Source of the DNA: Octopus vulgaris
Lineage: Eukaryota
DNA length: 64,000 nucleotides
Direction of reading: 5' to 3'
Assembly: GCA_951406725.2 (NCBI GenBank)
Contig: OX597821.1
Span: 82,584,001 to 82,648,000 of the forward strand
Each line of letters begins with the position of its first letter. Position 1 is the first letter of the stretch. The notes beneath the pieces are model-generated. The model was not told the DNA's origin and ran no database searches. It worked only from the letters and a program-made list of their open reading frames with translations. Position numbers and translations under genes: made by a program. Of this stretch, positions 29,312 to 42,608 are shown one piece after another.

Positions 29312-30247
29312 CGTTGTTTTCACGAGAACCCGGAGAAGAAGTGGACTGAGCAAATTGGTTCTGAATTCTAGAATGATCTTGTAGTTGCTGCTGCTGCTGC
29401 TGCTGTTGTTGTTGTTGATGGTGGTGGTGATGGTGGTGGTGATGGTGGTGGTGGTACATATGTTGAAGCCGCTGTTTTTGTTGTTGCTGTTGCTGCTTTT
29501 GCTGACTTTGTTGCTGCTGCTGCTGCTTCTGTTGTTGCTGCTGTTGTGGTTTTTGTTGCTGCTGTTGCTGCTTTTGTTGTTGCTGTTGTTGTTGTTGAAT
29601 CATACTGAAATCTTTGAAATCTTCAAGGTTCATCTGTTGTTGAAATTGTTCAATGGGTGGAGCAGGTGGTGGCGGAGGAGGAGGCAAGTTGGGGTGTCTG
29701 TTGTGTGTTGGGTGGATCACAGCAATATGCCGCACCAGCTCACTGGATATGATGTCTGAAGAGGAAGAAGACGACGGGCTTGGCAGAGTCTGAGGGGTCG
29801 TCTGCATGGTAGGGGATGGGGTTAGTGGCGCTTGCTGCTGCTGCTGCTGTTGATGATGTTGTTGCTGCTGCTGCTGCTGTGGAGGCGAAAGTTGAGAATT
29901 TGGTGAGACTTGATGAACAGTGACAACATCATTGCTGATATGCATTGAGTGGTGCGGGGACAGCATTGGCTGCAAGTGCATCTGGTGCTGTTGAGGAAAC
30001 TGTTGCATTGATTGTATATGTTGCATTGTTTGTGGCTGCTGAACGGGAGAGTGCATTGATATGAGGGAGGACTGCTGTTGCTGAGATGGTGTTTGCTGTT
30101 GAAGAGAAGTCCCTGCACTCTGGATTGATGGCAGGCATTGATGGAGCTGGGCAGCTGAGGTTTGAGAATCCATAGCACTTTGTGCTGGGTTTGAGGTCAG
30201 ATGTGGCTCTTCTTTGATTTTCATTTCAGGTACCTTTGCCTTGTTAT
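29312..30247 (-). CDS. RAR: RAR N-terminal (A/B domain) exon, polyQ/polyH/polyP-rich, 936 nt
   Basis: Open 312-codon stretch inside ORF 29220..30281. Acceptor ttttctctattgataacag|AT, donor AAC G|gtcagt. The phase-1 end joins 11027 as G|GA (Gly). Mixed CAG/CAA codons and non-repetitive linkers look like real coding sequence. Confidence 0.75.
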
Positions 30248-32400
30248 CTGTTATCAATAGAGAAAATTGAGCATTATACACAACAAAATATATATGATAA
30301 AAATATTTGCTCTAGCAGCAACAACACACATGGAACAATATGAGAGAGAGAGAGAAGGAAAGAAACAAATAGAAAGAAAAAATATACTAATACACATGGT
30401 TTGGGCTGATCCACAAATCTCAGAGAGTGAATTGCACATCATGCACCCTTTTCACATTACTTCCTCCAGCATGGCTTAATCTAATGCAGAGCTAATAAAA
30501 AATATCTCCCATCCATTTTTGAGAAATATTCTGCAATTTCTATCTTCATATCTGGCATTGGAGAAGTATTCATTAGACTTTTCCTTTCTTTATTGTATTA
30601 GGGAAGATTGCCCTTTATAATGACAAATATACTGGGAACAGAATATATATATTTACTCATTTATTTTATCATAAAATAAAAAGTTTTAGGTTTTGGTTAA
30701 TGAAAGTTTACAAGTTGATTTGTTATATTTATTGACAATATTTTACATGTATTTACAATTCAAAATGGACACCTTTTGCTTTCACTGTAGCCCCTACTAT
30801 TTTTTTTAACTGAAGAGCATGGTGTTGCACTCATGATTGTAACATTGTCGCTTTGATTCCAAGACCAAGCAGTGCATTGCGTTCTTGAGCAAAGCTCTTC
30901 GTTTCACACTACTTCAGCTGTAAAATGAATTCCAGTAATAGTTGGGAAGTTAACCCTGCCAAAGTCCAGCATCCCACTCAGGAAAGAACGGAGCTGCTTA
31001 TGTCACTTATATGCCATGAAAACTGAGTTAAGCTCTGGCTTATCAACCCTAGGTCCCATGACAGAGTTAATAATTTTTTTTCTAATTTAAGCAGAAAGCC
31101 AGCAAATTTTGAGAGGAAGGGATAAATCAGTTACACTAACCCCAGTACTTGATTGATACTTTCTGTTACCCACCTCAAAGTGATGAAAGGCAAAGCTGAC
31201 CTCAGCAAAATTTGAATCCTGAATGTAAAGAGTCAGAAGAAGAAAGTAACTTGTCTGAAGCCCAGGCAATTCTACTAATTCACCTTGTACCCCACTCAGA
31301 CGATAATGATGATGGTTTCTGTTATTGACTACAGGGACTCAAGATTTTAGAGACAGTACAAGTATAACATACAAAAAAACAATAGGTGATCTACATCAGT
31401 AATGATCAGAGTTATCAACAATAACAAATAACAAATAAACACAACTGCACAAAAAAAAAAACCCAAGTAAAATAACAATGTGATATTGTTTTGGTGATTA
31501 AAACTCCAATTACAAATCAAAATTCATGAACAATAGATATAATCTGTCATACCATAGAAAACTAATAAAATGGATAACAGTTCTCGTATATTATGTACAC
31601 TGATAATCTTTTGGCTTAAAAATCTGGGAGCTGGAGAAACTATATATTTTATTATATTATGAATATTACGCTTACACAAATCAAATCCTACACATTCCCA
31701 CCGACTTAAACATTTATAAGAAAGGACACTATTAGATTGGTAACCTAACGGTGATCTTGCACTATAAAGCTTCCAGTTTCACAAATTAAAGATACTGAGA
31801 ATAATGATGCTTTAACTCTTTACATGAACACCACCCTGTACTTAACTCCATGTCCCCCTACATGGCCTTGCTATTTGCTTTTGAGCCAAATTAACTAACT
31901 AACTAACTAACTAATAAGACTCTGGAATATATCCATTAGAGGCACTTCATTTCACTCCAAACAATATTCTGGATCCAGGAAGCCTGCGGATTTCAGTAAA
32001 GGATTATCATTTGTACAAGTCTACGGGCACACAAATGGGTATGTATGTACACAGACACGTATACATGCCTGTATGAGTATATTCGTGTGTGTTTGTGTAT
32101 GTATGCATGCACACACACATATTCATAGATGTACACACATATACACACACACACATACATGCATATATATAAATATATATATCAAAATGTAACTACACAT
32201 GGACTGTAGGTGATATTTTTCCTCCTTACTTTTCTTTTCTTTTGAACTTTTTCTTCTGTTTCCGAAGAAGAGCTTTGTTCAAAACGTAAAACAACCACTC
32301 TTTCTTTCCTTTTCTGAGCGTCTTATATGTACCACATCCTTGCATCATTATATTTTTCTTGTCTTTTTCCTCCATTTTTTTAATTAACTATATATATATA

Positions 32401-32496
32401 CACACATACACATGGATATATATATATATCTCATCATTGTCTTGACGTTCGCCTTCCATGTTGGCATGGGTGGGACAATATAAATGTATTTTTATG

Positions 32497-32541
<45 letters not shown>

Positions 32542-32672
32542 TTTTGTATGTGTGTATATATATATATATATATACATACAAAAATACATTTATATTGCCC
32601 CACCCATGCCAACATGGAAGGCGAACATTAAGACACTGATGAGATATATATATATCCATGTGTGCGTGTGTG
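32401..32672. repeat. Inverted duplication of an RTE-tail-like fragment around a (TA)n spacer
   Basis: TTCGCCTTCCATGTTGGCATGGGTGGG (left) versus CCCACCCATGCCAACATGGAAGGCGAA (right); arms of about 100 bp. Confidence 0.9.
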
Positions 32673-32999
32673 CATGTGTATGTATTTCAGCAGTAATAAA
32701 TTGTGGGTAATTTTATCATTTACAATTTACAATCATCGCTTGAGCTCTCTGCAATCTATTCCACTTAATGCAGCAAAGAATTTGTCATTAATGACAGCTT
32801 TGAGAATTCTAACTAACATTTCACATTAGAGAGGATCCATTACTAGACAGCAAACAATACTTCTTACTCATTCAGTCATTTGTTTTGTTGTGTTTGATTT
32901 TGATTTCTACTTTTAGTTTGCTTTTTTTTTTACCTTCCATATATATAATTTTTTGATAGAGGGGGAGAATGAAGGACAAAAAGTAGCAAAAAAATATAT

Positions 33000-33046
<47 letters not shown>

Positions 33047-33743
33047 GAATGCAAAATAGAAATAAGCAAAATTAAAAAATAAGAAATGTTTAAATAATAG
33101 AGGAGAGGAAAAAAAGGACAACCAAGAAAATCTGAGACTAGCATCAAGGAAACAAGATGCACAAAAAAAATATATTATTTCAAAGTCTAAAATTGGTAAT
33201 CAATGAAGGATCTTTTTGATGGATGGTGTTTAATTTACATCGACACCATCACCACTGTAGCTGTAATCCTTATAATACACCAATATCACAATAGCTACTA
33301 TTTCTATTCTCATTTAATACCTACAGCAAATACAACACCAACACTACTACCGCCCCCAACACCAACAAAATGGATATTATCAGTAGTACTTGCAGCTCTG
33401 TGCTACATCAGCACTGATAACCACCACTATGGTATACTATAAATGGATTAAGCCCTTATACAACATCACTAACATGATCACCATGGCCAAATGGATATGG
33501 AACTGAGCTAATAAGCCTGAAAGTCTTGAGTTCAAATCCACAGTATAAGTTTCATTGTTGATATTGCATGGCCCCAGTTCAGCTGACTAAGATGAGCTAT
33601 GATAAAAGACATTTCTAACCAGTGCTTTACTGTCTTTCTTTCTTTTTTTAAACTGATTCAGATGAATGCTGGCCTTTCAGAGATGGTACAGCACCTAGTT
33701 ATACACCTTGGTGCATTTAGATCTCTTCTTCTCCTTGCCTATA

Positions 33744-33748
<5 letters not shown>

Positions 33749-33793
<45 letters not shown>
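33749..33793. repeat. (AAT)n microsatellite
   Basis: About 15 AAT units. Confidence 0.95.
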
Positions 33794-35082
33794 CCTTTCT
33801 ACTATAGGCACAAGGCCTGAAATTTAGGGGAAGAGAATAGTTGATTACATCAACCCCAGTGCTCAATTGGTACTTATTTTATCGACCTCAAAAGGATGAA
33901 AGACAAAGTCGACCTTGACAAAATTTGAACTCAGAATGTAAGACTGACGAAATGCCGCTAAGCATTTTGCCCAGCATGCTAATAGTTCTGCCAGCTCAAC
34001 ACTTTGACCAATAATAATAATGATAATAATAATAATGCTCATCATCATCACCAGCATCATTTAGTATCCACTTTTCCAAGTTCACATGAGTGAGACAGAA
34101 TTTTTCTACAACCAGATGCCTTCCTTGTCCCCAACCTTCATCTTTTTCCAAATAAGGTAAAATTTCCCCATAGTCAGACATGTTTTTCATGGAAGACTGG
34201 AAATGACCAACATGATATAAAAAGAAGGGTACACACAAACATGATGGGCTGCTTTCAGTTTTCCTTTATTGAATTAACACACATGGCTTTGGTCAGCATG
34301 GAGCTATAATAGAGTATATTTGGCCAAGATGCCATGCAATGGGATTGAGCCCAAAACCACATGGCTATGAAGCAACATTCTTAACAACTTAGCCATGCCT
34401 ACAACTATCATAATTCAAATTCCTCTAATTCTCAACTGCATTGCTTTGTGTCTTGGCAGATTCATTTGGCAGCTATGTCAGTCTTCCTTAAAAATTGCTG
34501 AGGTTTTTGCCAGTGAAAGAAACAGGAAAGTATAAGAGGAAATTGTTTGTAGAATTCAATTCTGTTCTTCAGATGTGTTTTATAATGGTAAACGTTTAAT
34601 ATTTACACGAAGAAGTTCTCCCTGCATCCCACTTCTGTACTAAGAAAACAACCTCAATTTCTAAATACAAAAAGTTTTTTTAGGTGAGTATGAGGTGGAT
34701 TCTATTGTGCTAAATTATTTCTCGAATTATATGAATATATAGGACTAGTGCTTATCAGTAGCATTAAATGAATTTGAGATAAATCTTCCTCAGATAAACA
34801 CTATTATAGGTATCCTTTCCAACTGGAAGAATTTTAACTCATTACTGAATGCTAATAAATTGACTTGTTAATTCTACCATGTTGCCTGAAACTGCCTCAA
34901 TGAATTTATACTTCTCTGTGACATCTAATTACAGCTAAGTATCTTGGCCATGACAAGGTAAGAACTTCTAACACCGAAGTTTGTGGAACCAATACCCTAC
35001 TAACTTAAACAGCCATCTATCCAATGGAATTTTTTTTTTAATTCCCAAAAACAAGAAGTCTTGCAGATAAATGTGTACTTAC

Positions 35083-35177
35083 TTGATGTTGTAGTAGACA
35101 CAGTGGAAATTTGACCAGAACCATTATTTAAATCTGGTATGTCATCAAGGTCATTGCACAGCATGTTGCATATATCA
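35083..35177 (-). CDS. RAR: Candidate RAR upstream coding exon (DICNMLCNDLDDIPDLNNGSGQISTVSTTTS)
   Basis: Strong acceptor (T)12cttcatttgccag| and donor A|gtaagt. 95 nt with one frame open, phase 2 to phase 1, compatible with 30247 or 11027. In-frame ATG at 35164. Confidence 0.65.
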
Positions 35178-35851
35178 CTGGCAAATGAAGAAAAAAAAAA
35201 AATTACAAGTCAATCTCATCCCTACAAACCTTTAAGAGACATTTCCGATTTTTTCTGGAAGTCATGTTATTGATATTGGCCAAGATCTTAAACATACTTA
35301 TAATTGTATATTATACATTGTAAGGTATAGCAGCCACATCAATGATAGGCCATATAAGGGAGAGTAAGACATCCTTTCCATCCATAGACTGGAGTGGTAC
35401 CTTGGGCAAGTGCTAGCAACTCCTTATCCTCTGAATTATAGGTACAATCTATCCAACAGGCTTCTCCACAACTTCCCTCTACTTGGTTCCATTCATGAAG
35501 CTTGGGTAAACCTGAGGCTGTGGGTGAAAGCCATTTGTCGAAGATGCCAAGCACTGGAATCAAACCATGAACCCGTGATTACGAAACAAACTTTTTAACC
35601 ATTCAGCCACACACGCACACATGCACGCTCGCTTACTCATGTATGTACATGTATTTATCATCACCATCATGATTAACATCCATGTTCCACGCTTAATGGC
35701 TAAGAAGTTTGTTTCCCATTCGTGACTAGTATATTATTAGTATACGTGGGGTGGGGTGTATATACATACACAAGCAAGACTACACATATCTACGCAAACT
35801 TCAATTTGAACTTAAAAATAAATAAAAATAAAAAAAGAAACTGAACAACAA

Positions 35852-35928
35852 ACCACTGGCAGGAATTGAACCTGACACTTCTTCCTTGCTAAGTGAAAAT
35901 ACTTGGTACCTGTTACACCAATCAGGTT
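35852..35928 (-). pseudogene. tRNA-like remnant (AGC anticodon-like loop)
   Basis: TGGTGTAACAGG A box, CTTAGCAA loop, GGTTCAATTCC B box; acceptor stem pairs poorly. Confidence 0.3.
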
Positions 35929-37013
35929 TTGTATTCCTTACCTTCATTGTTTTAGGGTGTTTTGTTATTAGTTTAGCCAGAGGAGGAAGGGCAGTACTTA
36001 TGACCATTTACAGGGCCCCCAGGATGGATGAGAGGAAAGACATAAGTATCTTTAGACACTCAGGCGGAGACCTAACCTAAATGCTTGGAAGAGCAAGGAT
36101 TTAGTAATGGTCAATCAAACACCAGACAGGTGGGGTTAAACTGGGTAATGGATTAAGCCTACCACCCTAAGATAAGGAAAGACTCTCCGATGACTGCCAT
36201 CTGCCGAACTTGATTCACAAGACCTCAGTGGAACCAAAGCTATTGCAGCAGACACCTACCAAGAAACTATGGAGTAAGATGGAACCCAAAGACTTGTGTC
36301 CATGGAGCAAAACCATCCAGCCATGCAATCAAGCTTATAAAAACCAGCTATGAACAAACATGGGTCTTTATGACTTGAGAAAGCGCTTTATCCTTTTTTT
36401 TAACCAATAAATGACTGGTGTATTTTTTTGTTTTTGCTTTTTATCAACTAGTAGAGGGAAAAACAAGTTGAGCCAACCTTGATATAATGTGAACTCAGAG
36501 TGACACAGAGCTTTGGCAACATAAATCTTCTAATGAAGCTCTCCTGACAGCACCAAAGAAAACAGAAATATATCATAGACTTCATATATTTTGTTTTGTT
36601 TGTTTTCTGTTTGTCTTTTTAGCAGATGATTTTTGTATTCATTTATCATAGTTTGGTTATAATTGTTCTATTCCAGGTTGTGAACAATATAATGGAATAT
36701 TTAAGGAATAAGCAGTAGTTGCATGCGTACAGACATGTATACGTGTGAATGTATATTAAGGCATGCATGAACAGCAGTAGAGACAACCAATGAATAAATA
36801 CATCATGTGGCTTCTCTGCTTGCTGGACTCAAGGAGAGGCTGGGAATATATTTTGGATGCATCACCAAGCATCATACCCTCTGGCTATGATACTGTAAAT
36901 CAGTCAATATGGTTGACACCACATTGTAATAGCTAAAACAATATACACTACATTACAAATAGATGAAAAACCACCTGCAGAGAGAGATTCCCGAGTTAGG
37001 ATTAATCCAAGAA

Positions 37014-37052
<39 letters not shown>

Positions 37053-37858
37053 GAGATAGAAATGGAATGTAAGGATGCAGAGAAACACTGTGCAATAAAT
37101 ATTAGTAGAACATTTTACAAAACGTTTCATGCAGAGAGTAAAAAGTGAGAAAATAATAATTAAATCGATGCAGTATTTATTTAATCTTTCCAAGAGAACA
37201 TTTTTCATGAAAAACAAATCACCTGCACTTTTTTAAAATTATTTATGTTTTTTTTAAATAGCCAAGAATTTAGATAGGCTTGGTAAAATAAAACCTTTTC
37301 AGTGTAAAGCCACTTTTTTGGAACATTACCAAAGGAAAAAGGTTCTTAGATGAAAATTATAATGGAAAACTTTTGTTTAGATATGAACACTTAAAATGGG
37401 CAGGTTTTGTATATTAGAACCTTAGAAGGCTGCACACAGGTTAGTAAAATGGTTAAATGCAAAAATGTACACATTGAGACACTGGCAGATACACAAATAT
37501 ACATTGTCTGATGCAGAGGGATGACAATCTGTATTCTTTGTATTCCACTAAAGTCTCTTGTTTGTTATTGTAGCAGTAGTAGTAGTAGTAGTAGTATGGG
37601 GGACATATGCTGTAACAGTACATCACTGTATCCACCATTTGCTTGTGATTCCCTATTCCTGTCTGATGATAACTTTGCACCACTCAGGCAACAACCGCCC
37701 AATCCATGGGTAGTTGTTCCTGGTGTGGGTTATACAAGCTCAGAGTTCAAATCCTACCTAAACCAAGCCTTTCACAACACACAGAGGAAATGTTGAACCT
37801 ATTCTTTGACATGCCAGTCCCCACACAGCAATGTTAAAATTAAAGGAAACATCTAGAA

Positions 37859-38508
37859 CAGTGGTTCTCAACTAGGGTCCAAATGATCCTTGGGGGTCCA
37901 TATCAGATTTTGTTGTTAAAATTTATCAGCAATATAGGCGCCAGAGTGGCTGTGTGGTAAGTAGAGTTGCTTACCAACCACATGGTTCCGGGTTCAGTCC
38001 CACTGCGTGGCATCTTGGGCAAGTGTCTTCTACTATAGCCTCAGGCTGACCAAAGCCTTGTGAGTGGATTTGGTAGACAGAAACTGAAAGAAGCCCATCA
38101 TATATATATTATACATGTATATATGTTTGTGTGTCTGTGTTTGTCCCCCCAACATCGCTTGACAACCGATGTTGGTGCGTTTACGTCCCCGTAACTTAGC
38201 GGTTCGGCAAAAGAGACTGATAGAAGTACTAGGCTTATGAAGAATAAGTCCTGGGGTTGATTTGCTCGACTAAAGGCGGTGCTCCAGCATGGCCGCAGTC
38301 AAATGACTGAAACAAGTAAAAGAGTAAAGGGAGTAATGGATTTATTATACTTCTACAATTCCCAAAATGTTTTTTATACAATTCCTGATAATATTTAATT
38401 CTAAAAGTACATCATTTTTTAAATACTGAATGGTCATGAGGGTCCATTCGATCAAAATAGGAATCAAAGGGGTTCGTAAGTAAAAAAAAAAATGGTTGAG
38501 AACCATTG
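37859..38508. mobile_element. hAT/Charlie-type MITE interrupted by a SINE
   Basis: atctagaa|CAGTGGTTCTCAAC...GTTGAGAACCATTG; TCTAGA-like target; nested SINE at 37937-38336. Confidence 0.6.
37937..38336 (+). mobile_element. tRNA-derived SINE family A (well-preserved copy)
   Basis: Head with A box TGGCTGTGTGG and B box GGTTCAGTCCC; internal (TA/TG) tract; tail GACTGAAACAAGTAAAAGAGT. Confidence 0.85.
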
Positions 38509-38699
38509 ATGTGGAGTGTCACAGAAGAAAATTCAAAGATCTCGTCTTTAGTAATATGATTACACATTCTACTTATGCATTTCTCATTAGTGTATCGTGC
38601 TAAAATATTTTTTGAGCTAACGGAAAAGATTCTATATGATGACTTGGCCTGCTAAAAATAGCAGCTAAATCTCCTGCAAAATATAACCTGTCATCTTAA

Positions 38700-38919
38700 C
38701 CCTTTCGTTACTGTATTTATTTTGAGATTCTCTGTGTTTCTTTCAATTACTTTAAATATAACAAAGAATTTAGTAAAATAACTTGGTTATCATTAAACTA
38801 GTGCTAGGAACATAAATTGTGATTAAGGTTTGGTGGAACATTTTAATTCAAAACTTATGAAAACAAGACATTTGTACTCAGAGCCAGAGCCGGTTTCAGC
38901 CAGGTTGGTAACAAAAGGG
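38700..38919. mobile_element. piggyBac-type MITE family 1 (relatives near 24175-24410, 41290-41480, 49030-49248, 61035-61228)
   Basis: TTAA|CCCTTTCGTTAC...GTAACAAAAGGG|TTAA; internal sequence recurs elsewhere in the window. Confidence 0.75.
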
Positions 38920-40159
38920 TTAAATAAGGAAAGAATACATTAGTTTATGTAGTCATACATACTTCTAAAAAAGATAGGATGGTCATGGCTGGAATATTTT
39001 TGATCATAAGTTTACTCAAGTAGGATTGGGCTAGGGCTAGACAACAAAACGACAACAATAACAACAACAACAAAAGCAACAACACATCGCATTTTTCCAC
39101 AACTTACTTAACAGACAAGAAAGATTAGGATTTTATATGTGCCTCACATTTTGTAACACATACAGAAGAAATATTCGATGCTCTATGAACCAAATTGTTA
39201 ACAAATGAAAAGAACAAGAATTTATTTTCCTGAGTCTCATAGGCATGAAGAGCGCTTATGTTATGGCTCTTGCAAGGATAATCTGGTACTCAACTGAGGA
39301 AAGAAAACTTCAAATGACCTGTCCTTGTTTTCTTTGTATCGTCTATCTGGATGTTTTGTCCCTTTTTGTATCACCTAGCTGTCCAGATGTCTTGCGTTAT
39401 TGTCCCATTTTGTATTTATATATATATATATATATTTCTACAGTAGGTACAAGGCCTGAAAATCAGGAAGGTGGGAAGGTAATTACAACCCCAGTGCTCA
39501 ACTGATACTTATTTTATCAACCCCAAAAGGATGAAAGGCAAAGTTAGTGGAATTTGAACTCAGAACACAAAGACAGATGAAATGCCACAAAGCACTTTGG
39601 CCATTGTGCTAATGATTTAACTGCCTTTATCACAGATGAGAATACTGAAAAGAAATTGCATCGCTGTATAACTATGCAAAAACATATTTCTGCTGTATTT
39701 TGTTTCCATGGAACTTATCTGGGTTTTTCCACTCAATTTGTGGCTCATGTAAGCAACCAATTCTACCTCAAATCACATTCTACTAATTTAAAAAGTAAAA
39801 TGAAGGATACATTGGATAATTTAATCCTAGACATGCAATATCTGGAAAACTGACAGTATGGTCACAGCTGTACATTCTTCGATCATAGCTCAGCTTAAAT
39901 TGGGGATCATCTGTATATTAACTATTTCTTCCTCGACCTTAATTTTAACACTCATTTTCCTATACCGGTATGAGGCTAAAATATACTATGTTTGATAATT
40001 CAACAAGATGGTCATAGTGGGAATACAGTTGATCAAAAGTTAGCTTAAGACAGGGCAAGCCAGGAGCTAAACAACAACAACACTGACAACACAACAAAAG
40101 CAAAAGCCACATTGACAACAACAACAACAACATAACAATAGAGACAGTGGTATACTTAC

Positions 40160-40185
40160 TATGCTAATCCGAAATTTGCCTCCAT
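40160..40185 (-). CDS. RAR: Candidate first coding segment of RAR (MEANFGLAY); exon probably 40285-40160
   Basis: aggATGG (good Kozak context) GAG GCA AAT TTC GGA TTA GCA TA|gtaagt. The phase-2 end completes TA|T with the 35177 exon. Pyrimidine tract plus ttag acceptor upstream at 40286. Confidence 0.45.
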
Positions 40186-42530
40186 CCTACCTTTACACCG
40201 TATGTGTTTTTAAGTATGAGTGAGATTTATCTGTTTAGTTAGTCTTCATGCCAGACTCAACAGATAAGTGTGCAGCTGCACTCCACTAACACATCAGGGG
40301 AATTGGAGGGAGAGAGAGAGAAGAGCAGAAATACATTAGTAATAGCTCAAAACTTCATGTGAATGAATGTATGTGTGTGCATGATTGTGTATTTGTGTGT
40401 GTGTGCATATATATAAATGAGTGCATGTGTTATTGAATGTAGGGTGTGATATGAGGTAAGTCTGGGTGCTATTTCTACTAGGTCCCATAACCATGTAGAA
40501 GCTTCCTCATTAGCTTGTTTGTCTAGTTGCTTAAAACCAGCACTAATCAAATAGTGGGTACAGTATATTAAGAACGACAAGAAAGACAGTTGATCGCACC
40601 AATGTTTGCAAGTCTAGTTCCTAAATTAATAGAGAATCAAATGCTGAGAGCTTTGAAATGATAATTGGCTTTAATGAGATGTGAGATATTGACTATAGGC
40701 AGACTAGAATTGATATGGACACTGTAAATATCGTGAGAATAACTCAGTGAAATGGGTAAGATTACGTCAAGTCTCCCAAATCCTAAAAGAATCTTTAAAA
40801 CTAGTTTCCAACTGTGGTTATTTGGCCATTAAGCAGATGAGAAAAGTCCACCTCATTAGTCTATTGTAGATGAGATTTCCAGTGGATTCTGGAGACATTC
40901 TAAACAGCTGGGTGGACTGAGATATGCTGGTTGAGGTATTCTGACCAAAATATGCAAGGGACATAAATTCAAAACACATGCACTACTAGTTCAATATTTC
41001 AACCAATAAATTCACTCATGCTTTTGTAGGGATTTTTACAGTACATTTTACTTTTGGCTCTACAACTTATTCCCCCAGTATGTCATTCTATATCAACCAA
41101 AAGAGTGGATGGCACAACACAATAAAAGAAAAAAATACTGCAAAATTAAATAACAAAAACAGTAACAGAAAAATAATTTCTTCCTGAGTTACTCCCTAAC
41201 CCAGAATCTGCTCTTAGATAATCCTAAAGTCGCCTTGAATGGAACAGATTCGGCTGTTCAGGAACCACAGATTTAAAAAGTACAAAACAAGTATTTCTGT
41301 GTTAAAAATTAATTTTCAAAATAATGAAGAATTTAGTAAATATTATAAAGCTGATGTTTGGGACATAGATTAACATGAAATGTTGACATAAGGTTTTAAT
41401 TTAGATCACTTTAAAAAAAAAAAGGACAGTTGTATCATAGAATCTAGGGCTGTCTCAGGTGCATTTGTATCAAAAGGCATTAACTCGTTAGCATTCAGAT
41501 TATTTTATCAAGCATAAAACTCATTTATTCAAATTGGTTTGAATTAATTGTGTATTATCTCACTGCTTCTAGATTTCAATGATGCGATGGTATGTTTTTT
41601 AGAATGACATTTTATGGTAAGTGCAAGAGGCTGAATTTGGTCAGCTTGAACATTAACCCTTCAATATTTAAACCAGCAATATCTGGTGAAAATATTCTTT
41701 TATTCTGTTCAAACTAGCCAGATCTGGTTTCTCACACCTATCCTACAATGTCAATCTAAAAATAGAGAATTACATCGTCAAAATCTCACACTGATTAGAC
41801 GATGAATGATTAATACAAAACAAATGAATAACTAAGCATTATATTTGGGCCCGAAATGACCAGTTTAAATATCAAAGGGTTAAGCAAGATTTATTTACTA
41901 TAGGGAGCTGTACTTACATAGACACATAATCAAATAATGTTAATTTTGATGTCAATAGTAACACTACCATAAGACAGGTATTTCTGAATGGCAAAAATGG
42001 TAGTGCTGAATTATCTTATAGCAGTTATCTTATAGTCATGTCTGTTTATATCTTGAGTTCAAATTTTGCCAAAATCACCTTTGCCATTCAACATTCCAAA
42101 ATTAATAAATTAAGTACCAGTAGAGTACAGAGATCAATTAAACTGCCAGTAACACATTATGTGTGTTAATGATGAAAATTAATATTATAATGGACTTTGT
42201 TATAGTAATTCTCAAGAAAGCAAAACTAGCTTCATTTCCTGAGAAAGTAAACCAATGGATGGTAACACCTGCTTTTGGAGTCAAGTAAATTAAGCAGGAA
42301 ATGCATGAGAGAGACTTGATATTTAGGAGTGTAGTTACACTCTGCTAATACATTGGAGAATCGTGAAGAAACAAATGACAGAGAAAACTATAGAGCTAAA
42401 AAACTAACTTCTGGAATGCATGCATGAAAGAGGGAGAAGACAAAGTTTATGTATGCATATGTATGTCAGATGAACAACTGTATGGACTTGTATGTTGTAG
42501 ACTAATCAAATGTCACTGTATTTTGTTTTT

Positions 42531-42608
42531 GTTTTTGTGAGTGGTAATGCTGGTCCCTATCCAGTAGTTTACTACTGGATAGGGACCAGCATTACCACGC
42601 ACAAAAAC
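42531..42608. repeat. 78-nt hairpin with 38-bp arms and one mismatch
   Basis: GTTTTTGTGAGTGGTAATGCTGGTCCCTATCCAGTAGT tt ACTACTGGATAGGGACCAGCATTACCACGCACAAAAAC. Confidence 0.95.

Noticed and set aside
29385-29759. Poly-Leu/Val membrane-like ORF
   Set aside because: Antisense reading of the CAG/CAA/CAC tracts of the polyQ exon.
35144-35153. TCAAGGTCA (SF-1/ERR-type site)
   Set aside because: Lies inside a candidate coding exon (codons for NDLD); a single 9-mer is expected by chance.
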